NCBI GenBank assembly: GCA_963808625.1
Contig: CAWEHK010000029.1
Span: 96,001-160,000 of the forward strand
Reading direction: 5' to 3'
From: an uncultured delta proteobacterium
Lineage (GTDB): Bacteria > Desulfobacterota > Syntrophobacteria > Syntrophobacterales > Syntrophobacteraceae
DNA length: 64,000 nt
Position 1 is the stretch's first letter. Each line of letters begins with the position of its first letter. Below are positions 1 through 10,143 of this stretch, in pieces. Below the pieces are notes generated by a model. It was not told where the DNA came from and searched no databases. It saw only the letters and a list, made by a program, of their open reading frames with translations. The translations under genes and the position numbers were made by a program.

Positions 1-1132
1 CCTTTTGGAGCGGGATAGGCTGGCCTACGCCAAGATCTGTGAGGAACTCCCTAACCTTGAAGATCGACGACAGAATCTAATTCGCGAAGTTAGCGAATTA
101 GACGGCAGGGTACAAAGCTCTAGGAACACCTATGAGAGCCTAACCAGCCAAAAGGATGCCGCGCGCTCCGACTTGGACAAGGCCAAGGTTTCAAGCAGCG
201 AGGCTCAAGAGGCAGCTAAGGCAGCTCGCGATAGCTTGGCCTCCATCCAAGGGGAAATCCAGATAAAGCGGCCCGAGTTGCAGAACCTCGATCAGAAGGT
301 CGGAGCACTAAAGGACGAGGAAAAATTGCGCAGAACGAGAAGGGACCAACTTGAACAAGAAATATCGAAGTTGCAGGCCGATGTGGACGGGCTGGAGCAG
401 CAGAAGCAGAACAAGAAGAAGGTCCTTGAACAGATGGCTCAGGACGCTGGTGTGCTTCAGTCGCTTTCTGCCCGATTCGGAACCATTGCTGACGGTTTAG
501 AGGCTTCGCGCAAGAACACAGACAAAACGGTGGAAAGTTGGAAAGCCCAGGCACAGTCCATTGGTGACACCTTGGGAGGTATCCGCGAGAAGGCTCAAGA
601 TTTCTCCAAACAAGTCCAGGGGATTTCTGGTGAGTCAGGAAATCTGGCGAACGCTATCAAAGGCTTTCAGTCTTCCACAAAGATCACCCAGCAGGCGGCA
701 GCAGACCTCCAGACAGCCAACAACAATCTCAATGGAGCCATCGGTCAAACTCAGAAGGCTGCGGCTGGCGTCGACAAAGAGACTCAACGTCTGTCTCAGG
801 CCGTGGACAGCTCAACAAGCAGCCTTCAGAGTAGCGTTTCCATACTCAACAAAAGCATCGGTGATTTCGGCAAAGCAATTAGCGCGCTCGACGGCCATCT
901 TAGTTCCCTTCAGGCCAAGGCGACAAGCATAGAAGGATCCGCTGCAAGGTTTACCGAGACAGCAACCGAAGTCAGCAGGACAGCCGATGACCTAGCCAAG
1001 ATCCGTGCTGATCTCGCCAATGAACTTATTGCGGTCAAGGATCTTGCCTCCCGGCTTCAGGCTGTGGACCAAGCCCTGAAGATGATCGAGCAGCGAGTCC
1101 CGCAGGAACCCGGCGCAGAAAAGGGGCAATAG
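1..1132 (+). CDS. Long coiled-coil protein (5' end outside window); first visible gene of the McrBC-like operon
   Basis: Frame is open from the window edge. Continuous E/K/Q/L heptad-rich helix followed by an S/A/T-rich helical region. Ends 54 bp before the next gene. Confidence 0.7.
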   Translation, partial: LLERDRLAYAKICEELPNLEDRRQNLIREVSELDGRVQSSRNTYESLTSQKDAARSDLDKAKVSSSEAQEAAKAARDSLASIQGEIQIKRPELQNLDQKVGALKDEEKLRRTRRDQLEQEISKLQADVDGLEQQKQNKKKVLEQMAQDAGVLQSLSARFGTIADGLEASRKNTDKTVESWKAQAQSIGDTLGGIREKAQDFSKQVQGISGESGNLANAIKGFQSSTKITQQAAADLQTANNNLNGAIGQTQKAAAGVDKETQRLSQAVDSSTSSLQSSVSILNKSIGDFGKAISALDGHLSSLQAKATSIEGSAARFTETATEVSRTADDLAKIRADLANELIAVKDLASRLQAVDQALKMIEQRVPQEPGAEKGQ

Positions 1133-1186
1133 CATACGGACTGCCAGGCATAGAGAGAATGCAAACCAGAAAGAAAGGAACTTAAT

Positions 1187-3450
1187 ATGGACGGCGTGAC
1201 TTTGCCTTACCTTCCCGTCAGTCTGTGGATCCTGACAGGAGCGATGACGATTTTGATCTTATTTGTGGCGTTCGGGTTTTACATCCACTGGCGCAACTGG
1301 GCGAAAGAAGTTTCGGAAACAGGTTCCGATGTGGCATCGCTCAAGGCACGGAAGCTAATCCTTGAGAAGGAGAAGGATTCCCTGGAAGACTGGCTTAAAG
1401 TCCATAAAGACGAGCTGGACCGTGTCAAAGCCGAACGCGAAGAACAGGAGCGCATAAGGGCGGTTCTTGCAGATCTCGAGCAGCAGTGTGCCGTTAAGAA
1501 TCAGGAGAACCAGGCTCTCCGTAATGAGGTGGGCGAACTGGAAAACCAGCGGCACCATCTCGCTCAAACATTGGATAGAATGCAGCATGAAATCGGCGAT
1601 TTGGATGCGAAGCGGACGGAGGCCGAAGCCATAGATTTGCGGCTGGCCGAGATGAGATCCCGGCTCCAAGAAAGCCAGCAAACGATACGCAACCTGGCAG
1701 AACTTGAAGTCAAGCTGAACAGCCTATCCAATGAAAAGGCCTCGCTGGAGCGGGGCGTCGAAGGCCTCCGTGCGGCTGCCGACTTAGCGCGGACTGAATC
1801 TAGTCGCCTACAGGGAGAAGTCGGGCAGTCTCGTGTCGAAGCCGAGCAAATCGCGCGCGAATTGCTCGGTGCCCGCAAGGAAAAAGCTGAACTGGGAGTG
1901 ATTATTGATACCTGGCGTCAGGAGCAGCACGCGCTCGAACGCTCCACAGAACGCTTGGAGCAGAGAGTCGATGACCTCAAAATATCCTCACGGAACGCAC
2001 AAGAGGAGGCCACGAGGCATACTCTGCAAGCTCGACAGGCAATGACTGAAGCAGAACGCGAAGGCCGTAACCTAGCGACTTTCCAGAAGGACCGGCAGCG
2101 TGTGGAGATGGAGTTGGGCGAACTGAATGCCCGAAAAGCGGCCCTGGAACAGGAGATCTTTCGAATAGAGGGAAAACTTGGTCACGGACCTGGAGAGGAT
2201 GGAGATCCTCTGGTTGCCTATGCAGACCTGCTCGAAAAAAAGCCGCTTTGTCTTACCCAAGGCGCGTTCGCTGGGATGGAGACGATCGAGACGAGTCTAC
2301 GCTCCTGCAGCAGGTCAAGACAACACTTCGCAATGAGGGCCTTGTATTCCCTTCCCGGATTATTGATGCTTTTCATACCTCTCTGAAGTGCCATGCCATT
2401 AATCCCATTACCGTACTGGCCGGAGTATCGGGAACGGGCAAAACCCTACTACCAGTTCGCTATGCAGAGATTATGGGTATGCACCGATTGGTGATGGCCG
2501 TCCAGCCTCGGTGGGATTCGCCTCAGGATATGTTCGGTTTCTACAACTACCTGGAAAAGGAATACAAGGCAACGGAACTCTCCCGTGCCCTCGTGCGAAT
2601 GGATCCTTACAACTACCCGGAGACTGAATTCCCTGGGCTCAAAAGTCAATGGGCCAGGGACCGGCTGCTGCTCGTGCTCATCGATGAGATGAATCTTGCC
2701 CGAACGGAGTACTACTTCAGCGAATTCCTCTCAAGGCTAGAACTGCGGCGCACGGTGAAGGACCCATCGATACAGACGAAGCGCAGTGAAGCCGAAATCG
2801 AACTCGATGCAGGGCCTGGCAAACACCGGTTTCGGCTTTGGGTTGAGCCAAACGTCTTTTTCGTGGGGACAATGAATGAAGATGAGACGACTCAGACTTT
2901 GTCGGATAAAGTTCTCGATCGCGCTAATATCCTTCGTTTTGGCAAACCTGACGAGAATGCCAGAGCAGTCAGGAATGGCCGAGGTGCTGCGGCAGCAGCG
3001 ACTGAAAAATTTCTTTCTTTTAAGCAATGGAAGAATTGGCAGCGAGAGTTCAAGGAGGGAGCTGAATGGTACGATCCCGTATCCCAGTGGACGGTTCGGC
3101 TCAATTCTGCGCTCAACCGCGTGGGCCGACCCTTCGGCTTTCGGGTCCTTGATGCCATAGGACACTATGTCGCCAATTATCCGCGAGTTGAGGACGGAGA
3201 CCGTTACAAGCTCGCTTTTGCCGATCAGATTGAACAGAAAATCATTCCCAAGATCCGGGGCATAGACCTGAGCACTGATAATGCAAATGAATGCTTGAGC
3301 GAAGTTGAAACAGTCATCGCGGAACTTGGCGATCGTGACCTCAGTGAAGCTTTTTCATTAGCGCGTACTGAAAGCAAAATGGTTGGCATGTTTCAGTGGC
3401 GGGGCGTTACGCGCAGAATTGTGGAGGATGCTCCAACGCATGCCCATTGA
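1187..3450 (+). CDS. Membrane-anchored coiled-coil McrB-family AAA+ GTPase; split by a frameshift near 2235-2285 into ORFs 1187-2386 and 2248-3450
   Basis: N-terminal hydrophobic helix (LWILTGAMTILILFVAFGFYI) and ~300 aa coiled coil. Then Walker A GVSGTGKT, VQPRWDSPQDMFGFYN, Walker B LLVLIDEMNLAR, and McrB signature GTMNEDE...LSDKVLDRA. RBS AAGGA upstream of 1187. Confidence 0.85.
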
Positions 3451-5140
3451 TGTCCAACTCCATCGCTGGCCGTGGTCCAAAGGGATTCGAGAGGAAACGG
3501 ACAATCTGACCTCAGGCGAAGTCTCCTTTCCCTTCTGGGGGAGTCCAGTGGTCTCCGTCTCTATGCGGGCGACACTCTTTCTTCCACGGCGCCACGAGCG
3601 ATTCATCCATTTTGGTGCGGCGTTTGACACGCTCGCTGGAGAATACCGTCTGTATGAGACACCCCATGGAGTCCTCGCGGCAGCAGATACCGATCCAGGA
3701 GGCGAAATCCGCGTGAGCGTCGGGAGCTTGCGGGAGACCATACGCCTCACGCCGCATGGGGCAAAGTCACGTTTTTTCAAGCACAACGTGAAGCTAGGAG
3801 AGGAAGAGACGCCGCTTGCACGTACCGTGATCGCTTGGTCACAGTTCTTTGATGACTTATTGGACAATGCCAGAAGGACCGGACGGGAGAATCGGCTGCC
3901 GTGGGCTGATGCAATCGATAGCATCCTCGATGTTGCCGAGGACGCTAAACAGCCTCGGAAGGCTCTGATCGTAGACATTGCTGAACGTATGAGAGGCCGA
4001 CTACCTCACATTGTGGCGGCGCTCCGCAGAATTCTTTACCGGGAGCGGCTTTTGCTCCCCGCTGGTCGCGTGGCTGAAACAGACACAGCCTGTCTGCGAT
4101 GGTTGGTGCGCCAACCTGGTAAGACGATGGCACAAAAAGCTGCAGTCAATCGGCAGCAACTGCTCGGAATGGCGAGGCGCGAATCCTTCGACACTCTTGA
4201 GAATAAAGTGCTTAAAGACTTCCTCAGTCGCTGTACTTTGGAAGGCCGCCGTTACCTCAAGAGTGAGGTGGGAGAAAACCCAGGACTGCGACAGTCGGAA
4301 AGAGCGGGCACGGTTCGCCAATACCATTATCTTTGCGCGGACCTGGGGCGAGTGCCCATCTTTGAAAATGTGGGATCACCGCCACCCGTGCCCAGGCCTA
4401 ATTACGTGCTACAGAACGATGCCCGTTACATGGAAGTCTGGAGGCATTATGTTCGTCTCCTGAAGCGCGACGATGATGAGGACTGCCTGTGGGATTGGCA
4501 AACGCGTACATGGGCCGATGTCTGTCGCTTCCTGGTATGTGCTGCCCTATTCGATCTCTCACGGGAGGCATCAGGTAAAGTGTTCGTTGAGGAGCTCGTA
4601 TCTTCTGCGGTCCGGTTGGTCGGCGAACAGCGACTGGGGAGCCGCGTTCTGGCAGGCTCCGAACCCGGCCCCTTTTTGGTCGGCCAGCGGAGTGCCACGC
4701 GGAGGCAGGCTTCTGTCCTGGAGATTGTCCATCCGGATCATGTCGGAGAACATCCCGCCACCCGTCTGCTGGGGCGTATGGGTGGCCATCTCTATCTTGT
4801 TTTGACTCCTCTAGCCGGTGGCCGTCGGTTGGTTCTAGTAGTCTGGGCAGTGCACACGGCGGCGGCAGAGAACCATCCCTCTTGGACAGAAATTGGCCAC
4901 TCTGCAGGGCGTGCTCTGCACACCCATTCTCGCATCCTTGATGAATTGGGAGATCCCGACTTTCCTCTCCTACGCGGCTTTGTCGTTGCAAGTGACATGG
5001 AATCGGCGGCGGCGGATTTGCATCCGGGTGTGGGCGAAGATCTTCACCTCGTGCAAGTTGCAACTGATCAGCGTTGCTGGGAACAAGCTCTGATGGGCAT
5101 CAAGCTTGTCATAGAGGATATTCTGGAGAGTGCGTTGTGA
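3440..5140 (+). CDS. DUF2357-domain McrC-like protein
   Basis: Motifs RRESFDTLENKVLKDFL and PNYVLQNDARYMEVWRHY are typical of DUF2357. Start overlaps the McrB stop; GGAGG at 3423-3427. Start could be 3428. Confidence 0.8.
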   Translation: MPIDVQLHRWPWSKGIREETDNLTSGEVSFPFWGSPVVSVSMRATLFLPRRHERFIHFGAAFDTLAGEYRLYETPHGVLAAADTDPGGEIRVSVGSLRETIRLTPHGAKSRFFKHNVKLGEEETPLARTVIAWSQFFDDLLDNARRTGRENRLPWADAIDSILDVAEDAKQPRKALIVDIAERMRGRLPHIVAALRRILYRERLLLPAGRVAETDTACLRWLVRQPGKTMAQKAAVNRQQLLGMARRESFDTLENKVLKDFLSRCTLEGRRYLKSEVGENPGLRQSERAGTVRQYHYLCADLGRVPIFENVGSPPPVPRPNYVLQNDARYMEVWRHYVRLLKRDDDEDCLWDWQTRTWADVCRFLVCAALFDLSREASGKVFVEELVSSAVRLVGEQRLGSRVLAGSEPGPFLVGQRSATRRQASVLEIVHPDHVGEHPATRLLGRMGGHLYLVLTPLAGGRRLVLVVWAVHTAAAENHPSWTEIGHSAGRALHTHSRILDELGDPDFPLLRGFVVASDMESAAADLHPGVGEDLHLVQVATDQRCWEQALMGIKLVIEDILESAL

Positions 5141-8031
5141 AAACCGTGCTCGGGGTCTCAGCTTTCGGCCTCAAGGATTGCGTGGTCCGGTCAGGGGTTG
5201 GCTGCAGCCAAATGGGTTTTTATCCTACGAGCGCTGTGCTTCCGACGAGTCCATCTGGCCGCATCCTCACTGGTGACGAGGCTTATCGGGAGAGGACGCA
5301 CTTGGGGCTCGCCTGGCCGCCCGAGGCGAGGATTCAACCTGATCAACCGGTGCGCAGGTCGCCCATAGCCACTGTGTGGCGAGCATTGGTTGAGGCCGGA
5401 GACCGCATGGTCCGCTGGAACGCCGGGCAAGGTGTCTCCTTCTCTCTGGCACGTATCCTCGCAAACCACGTTAAGACATTGATGACGGGGAATCTTCCCC
5501 GAGATGGTTCCTTGCCATTCGGAATCACAACGAGGAAATCCTCGGCTCTGGTAGTGGCTATACCGGACCATTTGGACGAATTCGGACAAGAACATCTGCT
5601 TCGCGAACTTGCCGCTCTGGAATGTCCGGAGGCGATGCTCGTGTGGCGCCCCGTAGCCGCTGCCTTATCTTGGCTCGATAAGGTGGAAGGCGACTTTCCG
5701 ACACATATGGGAGTAAACGATCACATCCACGTGATCTGCCTGAGTCCCGATGCCATTGAGTTCACCACCTTCCGTCTGCGGGTGAAAGAGCACAATAACC
5801 AATATTATGTTCTCCCTCTTCGAGACAGACCCAAAGACCTGCCTACTCTAACCGGCATGGACTGGGCAGGAAGGCTCCTCGAAGCATTTTCGAAAAACAT
5901 CGATGCGGAGGCGTTTTGGCAGGCCTTCATCCAGTTCCCTGAGATTTGGCAGGCTTTGGCGGGTCGAAGCTGGAATCCAGAGGATCTCCCCCGTCCCTGG
6001 AGCAAGGACGGCAAGTGGACGCTCTGGAATCCTACGCCAGATCTGCACCGGTGCGTCTATGACGTCAGAGCCGGCTTGTGCACGCCCCTCCGACAAATTG
6101 TAAAAAAATCTATAGAACTCAGCTCCGGCAAAGAAACACTGTCCGGTTCGTATGGAGATGTGTTTCGGAGAGAAGTGCGCCGCATGGCCCAACTCTTTCC
6201 GGGTGGCCGATTGCGGGGAATGATTGTCTGTGGTCCACTCGCCCCACGCACCATTCCCCCTTGGCTATCCTCCGAATTGGGACTGCTCGTGTCACGCGGG
6301 CTGAAAGCAGAAGAGAATATTGCTGAGCCAGAGACTGACCGTCTGTGGCTTTGCGCGGATTGCGACGACCCCATCTCAGAAGGGGCGGCGATCTATGGTC
6401 AGAGGAGATTGGCCAAAATTCCTTCCTACCTTGACACAATGCCCCAGATTTCCATTCTTGCACAGGAAAGGGGCCGATTTAACTGGGTCCCACTTCTTAA
6501 GGCCCAGGAGGTATTGGGAGGAGAAGAGCACAAGGACAAGATAGAGCGGCGATTCCAACTCGACGGTGGCAAGCGGAATCTCCACGTCTATCTGTACAAA
6601 GGGCCAGTGGAAGATGCGCCCAACGAGACTCAGGATTCCTTTGATCCGCAAGCACTGCCTTTGGAGGGGCTGCCCCCTTGCCAGGCCCGTTTGGTGAGAG
6701 AGGTTGTTCGCAGGCTTGGAGATTTGCGATCCGTTCAAAGTCGAAATTATTTTCGTTTATCCACCAAGGAAGCTCGATATGGTCGTGCTTTTGCTGAGGC
6801 GCTTTTTACGACCAAGGGTGCAGAGGACGCTGGGATTTCTGAGCCGCTTACTGCAGGGACCGCTTGGACTCCTCTCCGCCGCGCTGTATTCGATTTCCCG
6901 TCTGCCCCGAAAAGCGATGCGGTGCTGGATATCGAGGTTCGTATCCGTCCCGCAAGCGGTCTGGCCAGGATAGAGATCCTGCCTGAGGACAGTTCATTTC
7001 TTCAGGGCGATAGAGTCCTTTTGAACTATTCCACCATGCGTTTCGCTTCAAACCTTCCTAAACGGTTGCGCGGCTGGCCTCGAGTTGAGGAGATCGTCGT
7101 TGATCCCGAAGATTATGTCCTTCTTTCGAGAGAGGATTGGATCAACAGTTTCCTGCATACCCTGCCCACTGCACGGGACTACATCCCAGTCCTGGATGGT
7201 TTGCGCAACAATGTGCTCAGGGGGTCTACTCGAAAGCTGATTGCCGGTCTTCAACTCTATCTCGGCGCCATCGATGAGAACGGTCGAGCATGCACGGACG
7301 CCGGCAATAAGATTCTTCTTCAGATTGCGGGGAAGTTTGACGGCGATCTTCGAATACTTCAAGCGGCGCGAGAGCCGAAGCCTGTAGATCTCATAGGCAA
7401 GGTTCTTTCGCGTGCGGGATGGCTCTATTGCGCCACGTCACCAAGCATCGTTGCATACATCAGGAGCATATTACGCGATGGGTACAACTCCCGAGGATGG
7501 AAAACAGCGGTTGAGGCAGCAAGCCGAGCCTTTATTGACATAGACGACTTCAGGTTGCTTTTTACATCCATTGCTCGCTTGGCCCGAAGTGGCCCCTTTG
7601 ACGATAAGACTTTTCCTATCCACGCCGCACGGTCCATTTGCCGCGTTTTGATGTTGAGAAGAGACGGGGAAAGGGGACTTGAGTGTGACTTGGCGCAGCT
7701 TTTCGCAGATCGCGCTTTACAGCGTCTACTGAGGGAACATAGGAAAGGCAACTTCAAAATGTTGTATTTTCAAATGATTCGGCTCCTCCTGTACCTGCTT
7801 CGGTACCGCAGAACCGATCCCTCATGCTTTGATCCCAACTCATCTCAGAGCATTTCTGCATTCGAAAAGGCCAAGGAGAGCATGGTGGCTGCAAAAAATT
7901 CGTTCCCGAGGCATTCCAGAAAGGTCGGGCAAATAGAGAGAATTATTGATGGATTTGACAAGTATTTGCATTACGAGGGAACCGAAGACGTGATCTCTGT
8001 ACTGAGAGATTTGGCGGAAAGTGACGCCTAG
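5137..8031 (+). CDS. Divergent Hsp70/DnaK-fold (actin-like) protein with helical C-terminal extension
   Basis: LVVAIPDHLDEFGQEHLL..., MLVWRPVAAALSW and LTGMDWAGRLLE align by eye to DnaK AVITVPAYF..., IINEPTAAALAY and LGGEDFD. GTG start overlaps the upstream TGA (GTGA). Confidence 0.65.
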   Translation: MKTVLGVSAFGLKDCVVRSGVGCSQMGFYPTSAVLPTSPSGRILTGDEAYRERTHLGLAWPPEARIQPDQPVRRSPIATVWRALVEAGDRMVRWNAGQGVSFSLARILANHVKTLMTGNLPRDGSLPFGITTRKSSALVVAIPDHLDEFGQEHLLRELAALECPEAMLVWRPVAAALSWLDKVEGDFPTHMGVNDHIHVICLSPDAIEFTTFRLRVKEHNNQYYVLPLRDRPKDLPTLTGMDWAGRLLEAFSKNIDAEAFWQAFIQFPEIWQALAGRSWNPEDLPRPWSKDGKWTLWNPTPDLHRCVYDVRAGLCTPLRQIVKKSIELSSGKETLSGSYGDVFRREVRRMAQLFPGGRLRGMIVCGPLAPRTIPPWLSSELGLLVSRGLKAEENIAEPETDRLWLCADCDDPISEGAAIYGQRRLAKIPSYLDTMPQISILAQERGRFNWVPLLKAQEVLGGEEHKDKIERRFQLDGGKRNLHVYLYKGPVEDAPNETQDSFDPQALPLEGLPPCQARLVREVVRRLGDLRSVQSRNYFRLSTKEARYGRAFAEALFTTKGAEDAGISEPLTAGTAWTPLRRAVFDFPSAPKSDAVLDIEVRIRPASGLARIEILPEDSSFLQGDRVLLNYSTMRFASNLPKRLRGWPRVEEIVVDPEDYVLLSREDWINSFLHTLPTARDYIPVLDGLRNNVLRGSTRKLIAGLQLYLGAIDENGRACTDAGNKILLQIAGKFDGDLRILQAAREPKPVDLIGKVLSRAGWLYCATSPSIVAYIRSILRDGYNSRGWKTAVEAASRAFIDIDDFRLLFTSIARLARSGPFDDKTFPIHAARSICRVLMLRRDGERGLECDLAQLFADRALQRLLREHRKGNFKMLYFQMIRLLLYLLRYRRTDPSCFDPNSSQSISAFEKAKESMVAAKNSFPRHSRKVGQIERIIDGFDKYLHYEGTEDVISVLRDLAESDA

Positions 8032-8232
8032 ACAAGCGTTTCTTTCGATAGACACGATGACGTCCAGGTTGGATTTCTTTGATACGAACCAACTTGTGGT
8101 TAAGAAGGACCAGACGGGGAGATTGAAAGCACGATGCGAAATTATGTGTATTTCCGTAAGGGTGCGTGAATCGAGTGCCAGCTTGGGGGGATGATCAGCT
8201 CCACAGCTTTTACCGTCTCCAGTCCCAACGGG

Positions 8233-10143
8233 CTATATCCGAGTGACGTGATTCTTCAGGCGCCGGATCGCCTCTCGCGAAAATTCCCTGTCCCGGTAAT
8301 AAATTTGTTCAAAATCTTCCACGAAAATTCGTGCCCGGTTTCTTATATCTTCCTTGTCCACTCGGTTGATGAATTCTTCCAGGCCTTCATTCTCCTCTTT
8401 CTCATATCCATAAGCGGACATCCTCTGCAGGAACTTCGAGATGACCCTTTCCTCACGATTCTTGTGGTATTTGATCAAGGCGTAGAGGATCACGGAGAGG
8501 GCGACTAATATGCCAAACGCTGCCAAGTGATTCCTGGTGGCGGACAGGTCCATGCTCAGCTTCAGGTCAGGCCGGCTGATGCGTTCCCGGGCGGCGTTCA
8601 CTATTTCAAGCTGTTTCGTGAAATCGTAGTCGATGATGACCTTGAACCAATAGTAGTTAAAAGTATCCAAAATAAGTCGCAATTGGAGGAAGAACTTGCT
8701 GCCCATTCCACTCGCGGGCAGTTCAAGGAGCGGTGGGGTGGGATCGAACCTCATCCATCCATGCTTTCCCAGGAAAGCTTCGACCCAGACATGAGCATTC
8801 CGTTGCGTTACCAGGTAATACCTTCCGGTGTTGTTGTAGGAGCCTCCCCGGTATCCTCCGATGAGTCGGGCAGGAATCCCGGTCATGCGCAGCATGACCG
8901 CAAGGGATGAGGCGAAATACTCGCAATTCCCGCGTTTGTGGAGGAACACGAAAGCTTCCAGGGGAGTCTCGGAAACGGGAAGGTCGTCGAGCGAGTACTC
9001 GTAATTCCCACCCTGGAGAAAGCGCATAAGGGTCTTCACCCGCTCTTCTTCCGTTTGCTTCGCGACCAGATTGTGGACCAGCTCACGAAGCCTGGGGGCG
9101 AAGTCGTCAGGAAGCTGGAGATAGCGGTTGCGGTCGATCACGACCTGGGGAAGATTGGACATGATTCTTGATGTTGCCAGGTATCGTATTCTCTCGAAAA
9201 TATAACTCTTGAAGGGATATATCCTGGCTCGGGAATACTTGTTCCGATAGATCGAAAACGAAATGGGTCTATCCAAAGCAAAAAGATATTTGTTTCCATA
9301 AGGTTCGAGGTAGATGGTCTGCAAAATGGTCCGGCCTTCCGCAACATCCACGGATGCCTCTTCCTCCCTTTCCATGGCGCTGGTCCACTTCGTGCCGTCA
9401 AAATGGTCCAGGACCACGCCCCTCCAGTAAAGCTTGGGGTCTTCGATCCGCTCCATCTCGGCGCGAAAGATGACGGCGTTGTCTTCCTGGATCCCGGCGA
9501 CCTGCCCGAGAGAGATCGTATCGCTAAAACCCGACCTGGCAAAACCGAACTTGTTCATAAAGCTGAGAAAGGGGAATGCCGTGCGGGGAAGGATGACAAA
9601 AAGCGTGAGCGTGATCGGAATGGCGACAAGGAAAATCAAGAAAGACTGGACCAGGACTTTGCGCAGGTTTTCCCTGGTGATGGTCATCTCGGGATGGTGG
9701 GAAAAATAGGCCAGGAGAATAAGGGAAATCGTTGCCAGGGTCAGAAACAGTGACAGGTATAAGAGAAAGACGATGCTCATCGAGATCAGCGTGGAGCCGA
9801 TCAGCAGAAACATGCAGATGGTGTAGATCTGCATATAGTCGCGAATTTTCTTGTCCTCAAGAAGCTTTATGGCCACGAGGATAATCAGGGCTTCAAGAAT
9901 CGGCTCAATGAGATATTCGGGGGTTACGCGATAGACGGCCAGGAAGAGAATCATCAGCGAGATGAGGTTGAGCAGCCATCGTGGTATGGCAACGACCCTT
10001 CGGTAATCCAGCCGGACCGCGCCAGGCAGCAGGCAGAGAAAGCCGACCAGATGATACGTGTCAAGATATTCCATTACCGATGAGAAGCTCATGACGACGC
10101 ACAGATAAGTAATAATCTGGATGATGTCTTTAACTCTGACCAT
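8233..10143 (-). CDS. Transglutaminase TgpA-family membrane protein (DUF3488 + transglutaminase core)
   Basis: Multiple N-terminal TM helices; YWRGVVLDHFDG; catalytic GNCEYFAS, HVWVE and FDPTP. Confidence 0.92.
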   Translation of the reverse strand: MVRVKDIIQIITYLCVVMSFSSVMEYLDTYHLVGFLCLLPGAVRLDYRRVVAIPRWLLNLISLMILFLAVYRVTPEYLIEPILEALIILVAIKLLEDKKIRDYMQIYTICMFLLIGSTLISMSIVFLLYLSLFLTLATISLILLAYFSHHPEMTITRENLRKVLVQSFLIFLVAIPITLTLFVILPRTAFPFLSFMNKFGFARSGFSDTISLGQVAGIQEDNAVIFRAEMERIEDPKLYWRGVVLDHFDGTKWTSAMEREEEASVDVAEGRTILQTIYLEPYGNKYLFALDRPISFSIYRNKYSRARIYPFKSYIFERIRYLATSRIMSNLPQVVIDRNRYLQLPDDFAPRLRELVHNLVAKQTEEERVKTLMRFLQGGNYEYSLDDLPVSETPLEAFVFLHKRGNCEYFASSLAVMLRMTGIPARLIGGYRGGSYNNTGRYYLVTQRNAHVWVEAFLGKHGWMRFDPTPPLLELPASGMGSKFFLQLRLILDTFNYYWFKVIIDYDFTKQLEIVNAARERISRPDLKLSMDLSATRNHLAAFGILVALSVILYALIKYHKNREERVISKFLQRMSAYGYEKEENEGLEEFINRVDKEDIRNRARIFVEDFEQIYYRDREFSREAIRRLKNHVTRI

